NCBI RefSeq assembly: GCF_006345805.1
Contig: NC_042999.1
Location: 85,498,001 to 85,562,000, forward strand
Reading direction: 5' to 3'
DNA length: 64,000 bases
Source of the DNA: Octopus sinensis
Taxonomy: Eukaryota
Part shown: positions 1 to 11,919 of the stretch, in pieces
How positions within the stretch are numbered: the first letter of the stretch is position 1
How the letters are laid out: each line of letters opens with the position of its first letter
Notes under the pieces: model-generated
Seen by the model: only the letters and a program-made list of their open reading frames with translations
Told to the model about the DNA's origin: nothing
The model's database searches: none
Translations under genes and position numbers: made by a program

Positions 1-4
<4 letters not shown>

Positions 5-52
<48 letters not shown>
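5..52. repeat. (TA)n microsatellite, representative of many (TA)n, (CA)n, (GAT)n and (TATG)n tracts across the window
   Basis: Read directly from the sequence. Confidence 0.95.
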
Positions 53-54
<2 letters not shown>

Positions 55-3000
55 ATATTTTAGAACAGCCACATTTATATCCTTTGTGTGTTGTAAGAAA
101 CAACTATGAGTTGCTGTCAGGAAGGACATCTAGCCGTAAAATACTTGGACATAATGATGGTGTTTGTGATAGCAAGTCTATTTTTTGGGAATATATATGT
201 CAAATATTTTATACAATTCATAATCACATGTCCGTAAGTATACACACACATCAATGTGTGTGATCGAAATATTAATCTGATACTCAACCTCAAAGACAAA
301 TGATTCATACTAAAAGATGATTTATCCCCAAGCACAAAGGTGTAATTCCACTACTTGTAACTATTGGGGGGAAATGCCTACTGGAATAGTCTGTAAGAAT
401 GTAACTAAGACCATTGCATCAGCTGTATAATGGAAAGTGCATCCGGCTTCTTGAAGACAAGTTTGATTCAATTCTATATGTGAATTAAGACAAAAGAAAA
501 CAAGTCTTTATGTAGTCACTCAACCAGCTAGAAATAGCAGCTGTATCTTTGAAAATGGACATATTGAATTAAGTAGTTCTAAATACATCCCAAAAGATGG
601 ATGGTCACAGCAGGAATACTTTTGATCATAGGTCTACTCAAACTCAATTGAAAAGAGATACTGATTTGGCAAGAAGATTATTCAGAATGAAAGAGATCAA
701 GAAAGCTGAATCAATTTTAGCAGGTACCATTTCTTACACTGAGATACCAATGTGGTTATGTGGTTAAAAATTTTACCTCCCAACCACATGGTTTCAAGTT
801 CAGCCCCACTGTGTGGCACCTTGGGCAAGTGTTTTCTACTATTGCCTAGTGGTTGAATTTGGTAGAAACGGAAAGACAACATGTATGTATGTGTGTGTAT
901 ATATATCAATGTAGGTGTATATATATCTCCTTGTCTTAACATCATCTGATAGTCGTAAATGAGTGTCACTGTCATATAAACAGTGTCATTAATTTCTAAT
1001 ATTTTGTGAATCTATCTTTTGTTTGTTACATGAAAACTATGTCTAACCATGGAGAAATATTACCTTGCTTGGAAACAGTTGAGAGTTGGCAACTGGACGG
1101 ACATCTAGTCATAGAAAATTGCCCCTGTTAATTTTGTCCAACATATGAAAGCATAGAAAAATGGCTCTTTAAATGGCGATGATGAATACAAGCAATAGTC
1201 AAATTAAATTCTTGAGTCATCTAAATGAAAGGCAACTTTTAGATGAAGATTATAGGTAACCTTCTGAAAGATCATCATCACCATCATTCAACATCTATTT
1301 TCCATACTGACAGGCCAAAAGACTGCACCAGTCTCTAACTGCTTTGGCAAGTTTTCTATGGTTTGATTGACTTCCTAATACCGACTACTTTACAAAGTAC
1401 ACTGAGTGCTTTTTACATGGCACCAGCAAAATCGCCAAGTAACTTGCAAGACAATGACCACTCAGCTGAGTAAGGAGTAGAATTGAGGGAGGTAGTTTAG
1501 TGCAAGGTGATGAGAGGTTAGAGTATGACAGAGGAACAGTAGAAGGTATACATAACTACCCCAGTTGGAATAGGGGATAGAGAAAATGGTGAAGGAAATG
1601 TGTCAGGATATACCTTCAAGTTACAGGGAGGTGTATATAAAGGAAGTGTTACACAGGATTGGTTATTCAATTAACTATTGTATATGTGTCATTGTACAGG
1701 TAGCCCAATCGAAATCCAATATGATTAACACAAGTCTGCTTTTCTCAGGAGGATTGTCCAGCCTCAACAGTATGATGCTGTAGAACATTTAGGATAGAAT
1801 AGTAATTATGAATGTACTATGTAAGTAGACACACAAGTACATAACTATGCATGTATGAGTATGTATGTGTAGTGCATATGATATATACAAAGAAGATATT
1901 ACACATACACTTAGATGTCTGGTTGAGAAGCTTGCTTCCCAATCATATGGGTTCAGTCCCATTGTATGGCATCTCGGGCAAGTGTCCTATACTATATAAC
2001 CCTGGACCAACCAAAGCTTTGTGTGTGGTTTTACATAGAAACTAAAAGAAGCTTGTCGTATGTATGTATGTATGTGCCTGTGTGTGTTTGTGTGCTTATG
2101 TGTGTGCATCCTTGTCCTTGACATGTGTTGGTTGTAAATGAGCATCATCGTCATACAAGCGAGGTTGTTCGTTTCTAGTCTTCCGTGAACATGTTTAGCT
2201 CTGGAAAACTATTAACTTGCTTAGAAACATGAAGGTAAGCAACAGGAAGGTCATCCGGCTGTAAAAAAAAATCTGCTTCAATAAATTCCGTCTGACCCAT
2301 GCAAGCATCGAAGAGTACGTTAAAAATTATGATGTTTATACACACAACGTGCACGCGTGCTTACGTACACACAAATATATCTACATATAGACATGCCAAT
2401 TTAATACGTGCGGAGATTGGGGACTCCTGAAACAATTTTTAAAATTTGATATTACATGGGTTCATTGATTGGAATATCGAACAGATCCTAAATTAAATTC
2501 CAAATATTTTTTTTAGTACTAAACACTAAAATAACATTGGTATCTTCTAGGTTAAAATGACTTTGCATTCAAGAACCATGACGATAGACTTAAAAAGTTG
2601 AGATAATATTTTGTAAAACACCTTAAAAAATAAATAAATACCAACCATGTCAAGAAAGGATCCGTTTTAAAAACTTGGACACGCGGCCAGAACTAGGCAG
2701 ACATGTGGGTGGTTTGTTCCGATATGCCGTCAATTCATTCAGTAAACAAGATTTGGATATCAACACTAAAAATTATCTCCCTTGTCATTCATCCACAAAA
2801 CTAAGCAACACATGCAAACTTTTAACTTTTCAACTGCGATCACTTAGAACATATTAGTCAGTTGGAGTGTTCTTATCCAAGTTAGAAATTAAATTACTAA
2901 ACATTAAACGGACTAGAAAGTAATGTTTCCTGCGAGAAATGTAATATCAAAGCTTTTACACTATAACAAAGAAAATTATGAACTATATATATAAAAATTA

Positions 3001-4351
3001 ATTCACTAATATACAATATTTTGGGGGGTTTGATTCGTCACCAAATTTCACTTACAGATCTATGCAGATCATATTTACCTGGTAAGTGTTTTACATTTAA
3101 ATACAAAGAAAACTATATTAGATCGGCTATAAATTACAAGCCACGTTCTCAGCTTGTTAATAAGAAAAGAAAAACAAAAGAAAGAGATGTATAAACATGT
3201 GGACAGATAATTCGTTTTCATAATCAAGCACAGGTGTACGTTAAAGTCTAAAAGTGCGATAACCCATTCAGACTGATGACATTAAAAATAATTTACTAAA
3301 CGATAAAATTTAGGGAAAAAAATGAAATAAACGTTAAAATATTTTTTCCTCAGAATATTTGATTAAAAATAAAGTAGCTTTTAGTTACGTCCCTTTATAT
3401 TCTGAGTTACAAATCCCATCGATGCCGACAAAAATACGTATAGCTATTTCAGAACTGGAATAGATTAAATCAAAGGTCTTTTCTCCAAATTGTGTTTGAC
3501 AAGAAATCGTTGAATTGAAAGCGTCATACTAAGTCAGACATGGACAACCAACAGCCCATGGGAATTTCTGAATGGCAAACCTAGAGAAAAATTACCTTAA
3601 ATTTGTTTTTAGTGCAGCCCTCCTGATGATGAAGTCATATTTCGTGTCCCTTGTTCGAAAACAATTGCCCATGACTGTACTAAGTGACCTATTTCTTATG
3701 ATGAATACAAATTGATTGGGGTATTTGATGAGCAACAAAAATTTTAATGAATTAAAGTTTTAATTCAATGAATACCCAAATGGCGATCTTTCGAAATTTG
3801 TACATATAATCTGTCGAATTACAGCATCTACTATAAGTGAAAGAAAGGCATTCATCATGTGGGTATCTACAGGGCAGTTTTCATAACTCTATGTGTGTGT
3901 GTGCGAAAGAGAGAGAGAGGTATACCAAAGCGATTTCGTAATTTTATTTTCCTTTATCTCTGCTATGAAAACCTTCAGTTGATTAAATAAAAATATATAT
4001 ATAAAGATTAGTATCTTTATTAACTCGTGATGAGGATATTTTGACCGATATAAACGATTATTTGTTTATCTGTCGATCATTGCAGATTATTTTCTTTCCC
4101 CACTATATGTACAAAGTTCTATAGATCACTATTGGATTAAAATCTTCCACCCTCATTCACATACAAAACTGAGCACGTGCCTACCATTATAAAGCTGCTA
4201 ATTTTCCCCAAGTCGTCGTTTTAAATTGGCTGTCTATGCCCTCCCTCTAAATAGCTATACCCACTCATTTTAATGTCTAACCTGTAGAGATTTTATAAGA
4301 CTGAAACATCCGGAGTTGTCACCATGCCAAAGACCATACTGCATTCAACGT

Positions 4352-4620
4352 AGTGCATATGGCGTAGTGGTTAAGAGCGCAGGCTACTAACCCCAAGATT
4401 CCGAGTTCGATTCCAAGCAGTGACCTGAACAATAACAACAACAACATCGAAAATACCTTAGGAATGAGAACCCAGGTTCGAAATTTCCCCAAAACACCTG
4501 AAGAAGGCTGGCGGGTATATCAGCCGAAACGTTGTGTTAACAACAAACAAGATGGGGACAAATATCCGTCGAATGTAAATAACGTACATAATTCCTCATC
4601 TCTTAAATATAGAACTGTAT
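4352..4620 (+). mobile_element. tRNA-derived (Pol III A/B box) non-autonomous retroelement with (AAC)n spacer and hammerhead-bearing, Penelope-like 3' part
   Basis: A box TGGCGTAGTGG (4360-4370), B box GTTCGATTCC (4405-4414), (AAC)n at about 4430-4446, then the hammerhead. The element may start as far 5' as about 4190. Confidence 0.65.
4493..4538 (+). ncRNA. Minimal type I hammerhead ribozyme motif
   Basis: Stem I AACAC/GTGTT, core CTGAAGA, stem II GGCTG/CAGCC, GAAA, palindromic ACGT, cleavage triplet GUU. Confidence 0.7.
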
Positions 4621-5286
4621 TGTCTGATAAGATTCACCATTAATGTTATTAATTTTCTTGTCATTATCGGTGTAATTATGGATTGATCAAAAGAGACCTC
4701 GTTTAAAAAATATTCAATCTGGAACTAGTAGAAACGAGAAACATTGCTTGTATAACGATGATGCTCGTTTAAAATCATCAAATAATGTTAAGACAAGGGT
4801 ACACACATAATCACTTTCGTTAGCTTACAATTGTTTCATTCAGAGCTGAATACTCTTAAGAGTTTCCCCAAACGCACAAGTATATTAAGTTTTAACAACT
4901 GGATATTGGTATTAAGCCTAATCAAAATTATAATATATGTTGTATATATTATACATAAGGTAAACATAAAAAAAAAAAAGATGAAGCAAAAGTCAAACAG
5001 GATTTATGAGGTTGATGCTCAAGGAAATTGGAAGATGTGTTTAATATTTCGAGTATACACTCATTTATGGAAAGGACAGATGAAGAGAGAGGAAAAAACT
5101 AAGACAAACAAATGTGCCTCACTTAAACTGTCATCACATATACACACACAATGGTTGTTTAACTACACATGGAACAAACATTATCAAGAACCTACTGCAG
5201 AACCTCTCATACAATCCACACCTATAATGAAGTTCTTGCTAGAAGCAATTTCAACAATAAAGTCAAGTATATCCCAGACATACTAC

Positions 5287-5343
5287 TTAAAGAAACCTAA
5301 ACACCTCAAAAGAAAGACAATCAAGTTCAACCCACTGTTCAAC
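5287..5343 (-). CDS. Candidate terminal exon (VEQWVELDCLSFEVFRFL*)
   Basis: Acceptor cttgcag, 18 codons then TAA, followed by AT-rich UTR-like sequence. Confidence 0.45.
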   Translation of the reverse strand, partial: VEQWVELDCLSFEVFRFL

Positions 5344-6273
5344 CTGCAAGTATGGATACCAATTGCTAAAAAATTCTTTAATCTCTTACACAAATATTTC
5401 TCACTGACAAATATGATAAATCAAGTTCAAATTCTGCCAACATTGACTTTGCCATTCATCCTTTCGGGGTCAATAAAACAACTAGAGTCAATGTCCTCGA
5501 CTTACCCCTCTCCCAAAATTGCTGGTCTCATACCAAAATCTGAAATAGTCCAACCCATGCCAGCATGGAAAATAGACATTAAATGATGACGATGATGATG
5601 ATGGTGGTGATGATGATGATGATGATGCACATGTATGTGTGTATATAGATAGAATCGACATACAGATTGGAGTGCTGTCATTTAAATTCTGTTTTGAAAA
5701 GTTGTCAAAAGTTAATACATAGATTAAACTACCAAAGAAGATAGAAAAATAATTTATTCTCACATTGTTTCAGATTTAAATTTATTGTATTTCTAAAATA
5801 TTCCTATGCTATGCTCACTGAATTTTTACAATGTTTGAATATATTACAAATTATTAAATTAACAGTAATAATAGTCACAGAGAATAATACTTCAATATCT
5901 TACCTCAAAACATTTGCATGATGTGTCTGTGCAATATGCTTTGAATCTTGCCAAAGAAGGTGGAACAGTTTCTTAGAAGAGGCTACACTCACATCCTCCT
6001 CTAAGTAAAATGAGAGCTTCTTTACTATCACTGTCTGTATCAGTTCACCATCCAATTCTCATCAACTTTAGCATTATTATCAAAACAAACATGACAGAAG
6101 AAAGTACAATTCAACACAATACACAACAATAGTCCTGTGTATTCAAAATAAGCAAAGGATAGAGGTTCTGACGCACCAAGCTAGAAGTAGATATATTATG
6201 GGAACACAATATATCACAGATATGCATCTGAGGCTCTTAATAATAGCTAATAAAATCTTAGGTAATACTAACT

Positions 6274-6382
6274 TTACGGATGGAGTAACAATCTTTCTCT
6301 TTGGTGGTTTCAGGTAAACTCAGGCAGTCATACGAGAAGATGCATTTGCTAAAGGGTTGAGAGAATGCCTTGTAGGAACCTC
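6274..6382 (-). CDS. Candidate exon (GSYKAFSQPFSKCIFSYDCLSLPETTKEKDCYSIRK)
   Basis: Acceptor tttttccccatgtctccacacag, open frame to donor AAA|GTTAGT. Ends are approximate. Confidence 0.45.
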
Positions 6383-7362
6383 TGTGTGGAGACATGGGGA
6401 AAAACTTCCACTTTCAACCAACACGAGGGTTTTACTTTATAGACATGTCTCAGCAGCTCAATTTTCAAAAGTTGTACTTTAGCCAGTGGGCAATGATCAT
6501 CTGTAAGCTGACACAGAGTAGAAATACAGGAAAACAATGAATCAATCCTCAAACATTTCTAGGCATGTTACTCAAGTCTGTACTCACAGACTTATAGAAA
6601 CCATAAGTGGCTTTCTGAATAATACCATTCTAGCTCCCCAAAATACCACAATCATTTGATGAGTAGTACCCTAATTCAAATGGTACATGTCAATTCACAG
6701 TAGCTGATGTTAACTGTACTGCCAAGTATCTCACTTCTCTTCTACCCTCTGTTGTCCCTATTACAATCTGCAACTGAAACTATGAACATTTATTGTGTAG
6801 CTAAGAAATTTGGATGCCCCAAAACTCTGTACCAGCACAGAGTTAGCAGTCAAAACTATTCAACCCCAAGTTATTAAATCCACCATTATGAGATGTTTTA
6901 TCCCACACATTTTCCTCATCTCATCAGAGATGCTATTTCAGTTCAAATACTTTCAGTTTCTACTGATACTGCTTTTCTCTATGACATCAACAGTTCTCAG
7001 ATAATACTCCGGCATGTTTCATTCATAGTTAAAACTACAAAAAGCACTACAAGATACTTTGGTTAAGAAAGAATGAATAACCAAGTTTGTGTGTGTAAGC
7101 CTTTAGCATTCATATTAATCTATCAAATATAATGCTTATTTATTCACATTGTCTTGAATTAATCATGCATTATCTTGTAGCTTCAAGATTTTGATGATAT
7201 GGTTCGCTTTTTTTAGAATGACATTGTAAGATAGGTGTGAGAGGATGGATTTGGTCAGTTTGAACATAAAACAGGTAGGATATGTAGGTTGGATATGACC
7301 AGTTTAAATGCAAATGAGTTAAAATTTAGGTAGCAGAAAATCCATCATCTAAGAACTCAGAC

Positions 7363-7485
7363 TTTCCTAAAATTCTTAAATTTTATAAATTTAGCAAGTT
7401 TTTGTGTACACACATCTGTGAGAGCCATGACTGTATAGTGATAATTGCAACTATGCAGCAACCATTGCAAAAACAAGTCACCAAA
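7363..7485 (-). CDS. Candidate exon (FGDLFLQWLLHSCNYHYTVMALTD...)
   Basis: Acceptor gacacag, phase 0. The donor is ambiguous (7414 or 7363). Confidence 0.4.
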
Positions 7486-7568
7486 CTGTGTCATATGCAA
7501 TATTGTGTCATACTCTTTCCATTTAAGGCAGGCAGACAGACAAACAGATAGGTAGCTATAAAGCATAC

Positions 7569-7650
7569 GTATTTATTATAAGTACATAACAATGACTCAT
7601 GAAATAGATAAACTTGTCTGTGTGAAGAAAGATCATTAAAATTGAGCCAG
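7569..7650 (-). CDS. Candidate exon (WLNFNDLSSHRQVYLFHESLLCTYNKY)
   Basis: Polypyrimidine tract then ttag acceptor, donor TAC|GTATGC, phase 2 to 0. Confidence 0.5.
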
Positions 7651-8080
7651 CTAACTTGAAAAAATAAAAAGAAGTCAAACATGGTGTAAAGAAGTTTTTG
7701 TCTCAAAACTTTTGAATGGAAACCAAGAACGAAATACAATAAGTTTTATTGCATAATAAAAAAAAGAATGTTTTTAAATCTGCTAATGCTTCTAGTTAGC
7801 ATAAAATTAAGATTTGATGCCCACAAACTTTTAACAGGTTTGTACATTCTATGATTTACATATGACCCAAAAGACTGCTTGAAATGGACAGGTACATTTT
7901 ACACTTGTATCCCATTAATTCATCAGAACTTAAGAAAATTGGGGAAGCCTACAAATACAAAATGATTTCTACTTCTTGACAACTGTAGGACCCACTCACA
8001 CAAACAAAATTATTGTCAGAATGTTGAATGTTTTTGCATGCTACTTGTCACTAAACATAATATCATTAATTCAACCTTAC

Positions 8081-8234
8081 AGAATTTCAATGCAGTGTGC
8101 AATCAAAGATGCAATATTTTTACTTGTGACTGCATATGATGCAGCCAATCCTGAAACACTCTTAAGAACATGGAAAAAGTTATGGCTGAGTGTAATATTA
8201 GCAGTGCAAGAACTAATAAAAACTGTTAAATAAT
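8081..8234 (-). CDS. Candidate exon (YLTVFISSCTANITLSHNFFHVLKSVSGLAASYAVTSKNIASLIAHCIEIL)
   Basis: Acceptor ttccacag, donor CT|GTAAGG, 154 nt open in phase 1 to 2. Confidence 0.65.
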
Positions 8235-8293
8235 CTGTGGAAGTCAACACTATATACAAACTGAATGTTGCTGACAGAAGAATGGATACACAC

Positions 8294-8358
8294 TGAAGAT
8301 GCTATCAAAGCTGTAATCACTTTCACTGAACATGAAATCATTCAAAGCATTACAGCTC
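8294..8358 (-). CDS. Candidate exon (SCNALNDFMFSESDYSFDSIF)
   Basis: Strong polypyrimidine acceptor ctctcttctattttatcag. Donor A|GTGTGT implies a 59-nt intron. Confidence 0.5.
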
Positions 8359-8753
8359 CTGATAAAATAGAAGAGAGAAGATAACTGAGACAACAAAACT
8401 GAAAATAATATCTTAGGCCACTGTGGAAAATGTGCATCAATAAATTTGTCGAACAAGACTTTGGTTTCAACCTTCAAAATGCTATACACACATGATGCCA
8501 AGTAATCTTATCACGTACTACAAGAAAAAAGAAAAGAAGCTATTCCACAAAGCAAACACAAATTTAAAGTAATAGAAGTACCCAGAAGTACAGTAAAGAT
8601 ACAAAGTTGTGAAAATAAACAAAAATGCATTTGTTATTTTATATTATTCATTAATAAAATTAAAATAATCAATTTGAATAAAATAACTTCCACTTCAATT
8701 TCTTTACTGTATTTTTGTTTTACAATGTTCATTTTTAAAAGCAACATTTGCTA

Positions 8754-8791
8754 ATTCCTGAAGAGGGAGTTATAACCCTGAAATATTGAAT
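8754..8791 (+). ncRNA. Decayed hammerhead motif (Penelope pLTR-like remnant)
   Basis: ATTC-CTGAAGA-GGG agttataa CCC-TGAAA-TATT-GAAT. Stem I ATTC/GAAT and stem II are retained; the differences from CGAAACGTC are CpG-type transitions. Confidence 0.5.
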
Positions 8792-8997
8792 GCAAGGTAA
8801 GTCACCATTAATTCATATCCCTGTTTTCCTGTGATTTACCTTGGATTTATATAACATTGTTCCGGCCTTACCCATGAATTTTTATATAATATATATATTT
8901 TCATATACATTATTAGATGCCAGAGACTCTTTCGAGTTTTTATGCCCTGTGACAAGATTTTTCATCTCACAGCGCATCCAAAATTCATCCTCCTCAC

Positions 8998-9060
8998 CAA
9001 GCAAGCTTGTGGGGTAGCTGGTTAAATTGCCAATCACCCAACTGTGCACAGTCAATCTTG
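8998..9060 (-). CDS. Candidate exon (KIDCAQLGDWQFNQLPHKLAW)
   Basis: Acceptor gttag, donor TG|GTGAGG, phase 2/2. Joins in frame to 8294-8358. Confidence 0.5.
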
Positions 9061-9304
9061 CTAACATGGTTATCAGTAGCAGTTGGTTTGTATGTGAGTG
9101 TTTTAATTATTTTTCCATGCTTGCATGTGTCAGATAGAATTTGAGATTGATTGTTTTATGGCTAGATGCCCTTCATGTTACAAACTCTCACCTGTTTCCA
9201 AATAAGGTAATAATCCCATAATCTATCAAAGAATGAACCCTTTGTTTGCCATCGGTGAACATGAACGAAAACAAAGGCATATACAAACTCACACAAACAC
9301 TATA

Positions 9305-9513
9305 TACGAGGGGTGCTGAAAAGGTTCTAGCTTTAAGGGTATTGCAAAAGGTTTAATTGGAGGTCCAACCTTCCAAGTTCTTTTACAGAGTTTAGAAAAA
9401 CTGAAGGACTGCTGCAATAAGTTTGTGAATCTATGTTGAATACAATCACAAATAACTGATCCTCCTGTATTTTCATTTACCCAAAACCAGGAGCTTTTAA
9501 GCACCCCATAGTA
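9305..9513. mobile_element. Mariner-type MITE
   Basis: Imperfect TIRs TACGAGGGGTGCTGAAAAGGTTCT and CCAGGAGCTTTTAAGCACCCCATAGTA, TA flanks, no coding capacity. Confidence 0.7.
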
Positions 9514-9941
9514 TATATATTGTGTGTTTGAGAGCAGTCTAAACTGACTTTGTTTATACTTTTTGTCTACAGCAAGAATTTTTCTCCATGGCAAAATGCA
9601 GTGTTCGAATATATCTCAAGCATATTAGAATTAGTAAAAAGTTTATAGTTATATAAATCATTGCTTAGTATTCAAATATGTATTTTACGGGGCAGCAGGT
9701 TAGTACAACCAGTCACAATAGTTTGACTGGAATTTAATAGACCTAGTTTCTCAGTCAGTTCAGAGTTGCCTCTCTTGCCAATGTTCAATTCTAAGAGGAG
9801 ATAACTACTCTTAAAAGCATACATTTCTCGATATGGACAGAGAGCGCTTTGAACTGGCTGTGCTTACACCATTTTCTCTGCAATGAGATATTTTCTCTAT
9901 GACAAAACTCAGTGAATGGCATTTTTTACAAGTTCAAATAC

Positions 9942-10348
9942 GGGATCTTTTCGGTTTGAACGGCAATTTTTTTTAATAATTTCCACGTAAATAAACACTT
10001 TTAAACTTTGTATACTGGTAGAATGTGTTTATAAAACATTTTTCTCTTGGCTTTATTGAGAAGATTCTATAGTTTGTAAGATATTTGGGTTTTTTTCTTC
10101 AATTTCTGCAATTTCAACCAATCAATGACGTCTATTGAGGTGAAAACATTCTGTGCCGTATGAATATGTCCCTCGTTTAAGAAACAGATTGGGTTTATTT
10201 ACATTTCTGAAGAAAAAAGATACCCTTCCCCCACCCCTAACCCCAAAACAGATTGAAATGCAATAGATCGATACTAGGGTCATAATTATGGGTGACAATT
10301 TCATATGACACCGCTAGAAAAAACTGCCGTTCAAATCGAAAGAGTCCC
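9942..10348. mobile_element. MITE with about 30-bp TIRs (GGGATCTTTTCGGTTTGAACGGCA), copy 1
   Basis: TIRs at both ends. Body closely matches 58193-58608. Confidence 0.85.
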
Positions 10349-10919
10349 AAAATAATTTTTTTAAAACTAAGTAAATAAAACACAAAGTAAGGATCGACTA
10401 GTCACGACTAGCTAGCGCGAGTACGCGCACCGGGAGCACTCTTCTTAAATAGTACCCATATCTGAACTGATAACAAGTTTATATATAAACCACATAAAAA
10501 GCACCCATTACACTCTGCAGTGGTTGGCGTTAGGAAAGACACCCAACCGTAGAAACCAAGCCAAGACTATGGATCCTTGTGCAGGTCTTGGCCTTATCTG
10601 TTCCTATCAAACTGTCCAACCCATGCCAGCATGGAAAATGGACGTTAAAAGGTGATGATGATCCACACACTATTTATTAAACCAGTGATTCATAACAGCT
10701 GGGTCTTTTTGGCTAATAGCTGGTCAAACTTTGCAAAACGGATAGACCGTTTGTCACAAATCCCTACTTTTATAATTATTTATTTTTAAAGTATAACACC
10801 ATCTTGACTACTTTGCTTGAAGGAGAATTCTAATAACTTTCTGACATGTATAACTAATGAGTATACTTATTCTCATAGCATTCACAACTAACATTCATCT
10901 CCACAACAACAGTTATATA

Positions 10920-11230
10920 TAGGTGCAGAAGTGGTTGTGTGGTAAGAAGCTTGCTTCCCAACCACAGCGTGGCACCTTGGACAAGTGTCTTCTATTATAG
11001 TCTCAAGCCAACGAAAGATTTGTGAGTGGATTTGGTAGACGGAAACTGTGTATCTGTGCTTGTCCGCGCACCATCATTTGACTCCAATGGTGGTGTGTTT
11101 AGGTCCGCATAACCTAGCGGTTCGGCAAGAGACCGATAGAATAAGTACTAGGCTTACAAAGAATAAGTCCTGGGATCAATTTGTTCACCTAAAGGTGATG
11201 CTCCAGTCAAATGACTGAAGAGTAAAAGAA
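10920..11230 (+). mobile_element. Abundant tRNA-derived SINE (representative copy)
   Basis: GTGTGGTAAGAAGCTTGCTTCCCAACCAC...GGCAAGTGTCTTCT...GTGAGTGGATTTGGTAGACGGAAACTG. Related copies at about 755, 1915, 21205, 23630 (+) and 20180, 22850, 25500, 25985, 32890, 44970, 51480 (-). Confidence 0.85.
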
Positions 11231-11399
11231 AATGCTCCATTAGGGCCCACCCCCTATTCAATCCCTGATGACATTGTTCCATTTTCATCTTTGTCACCCA
11301 TAAACCCTCAGCCCACTTTTTTTCTTTCTTTTTTTTTTCTGGTTTATTCTGCTCTTGAAAATGCAGGCACAGAGATTCTGGATCTAATAACATAACCAA

Positions 11400-11875
11400 A
11401 ATATTGCAGTTTCCATCAGCTGACCATCGTCACCAACTTTATTCTGCTCTGATCTCTACCAGGAATGAATCATTCCTTTTACAGACCACCCAACTGATCC
11501 ATAGCACTTACTTGTAGCGTGCCATCTCAAATGCCTTCGGTTTCTTGATGATGGCCAGGGTTTTCAGAAGTTTCAGCTTGATACTTATGCTGAAGTTTTA
11601 TTTTGAATGACCTCAGGGTGATCTTGCACCAAGTCTTGCTCTGATTTTTTGACTGCACTCCACTATTTGGTCAACAATGAAGCCTAAGTATTCAAACTTA
11701 TCAACCTAGGCTAAATGGACCATATGGTAAGCTACTCTGAGGGCAGCCATGAGCTTGTCTTTTTGGTGCTGATCTTTACCTGAAACTCACTAAAGACTTG
11801 TCTAATTTATCAATCAGTCCCAGGAACTCAGCCAGCTAAGTAGTTATCTGCACAATGTCATTAGCATGCATATCT
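11400..11875 (-). mobile_element. Decayed LINE RT fragment
   Basis: HANDIV (YADD-like) at about 11860 on the minus strand. Similar decayed RTE-like pieces at about 36680-37330, 38280-38560 and 41480-42190. Confidence 0.5.
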
Positions 11876-11885
11876 ATCTATCATC

Positions 11886-11919
<34 letters not shown>

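Noticed and set aside
4352-4425. Functional tRNA gene
   Set aside because: A and B boxes are present but the acceptor and T stems pair poorly and the sequence runs into a repeat body. It is a SINE-type head.
5506-5539. 34-nt mini-exon (tttcag...GGG|GTAAGT)
   Set aside because: It is sandwiched between an RTE tail and a SINE, and its phase does not fit the neighbouring candidate exons.
4831-5586. 251-aa plus-strand ORF
   Set aside because: Low-complexity composition spanning SINE and RTE tails and the antisense of a candidate exon and UTR. No recognisable domain.
10398-10428. Twin small hairpins (CTAGTC-AC-GACTAG; GCGCG-AGTA-CGCGC)
   Set aside because: Best explained as a Helitron-type 3' terminus on the minus strand and too short to support more.
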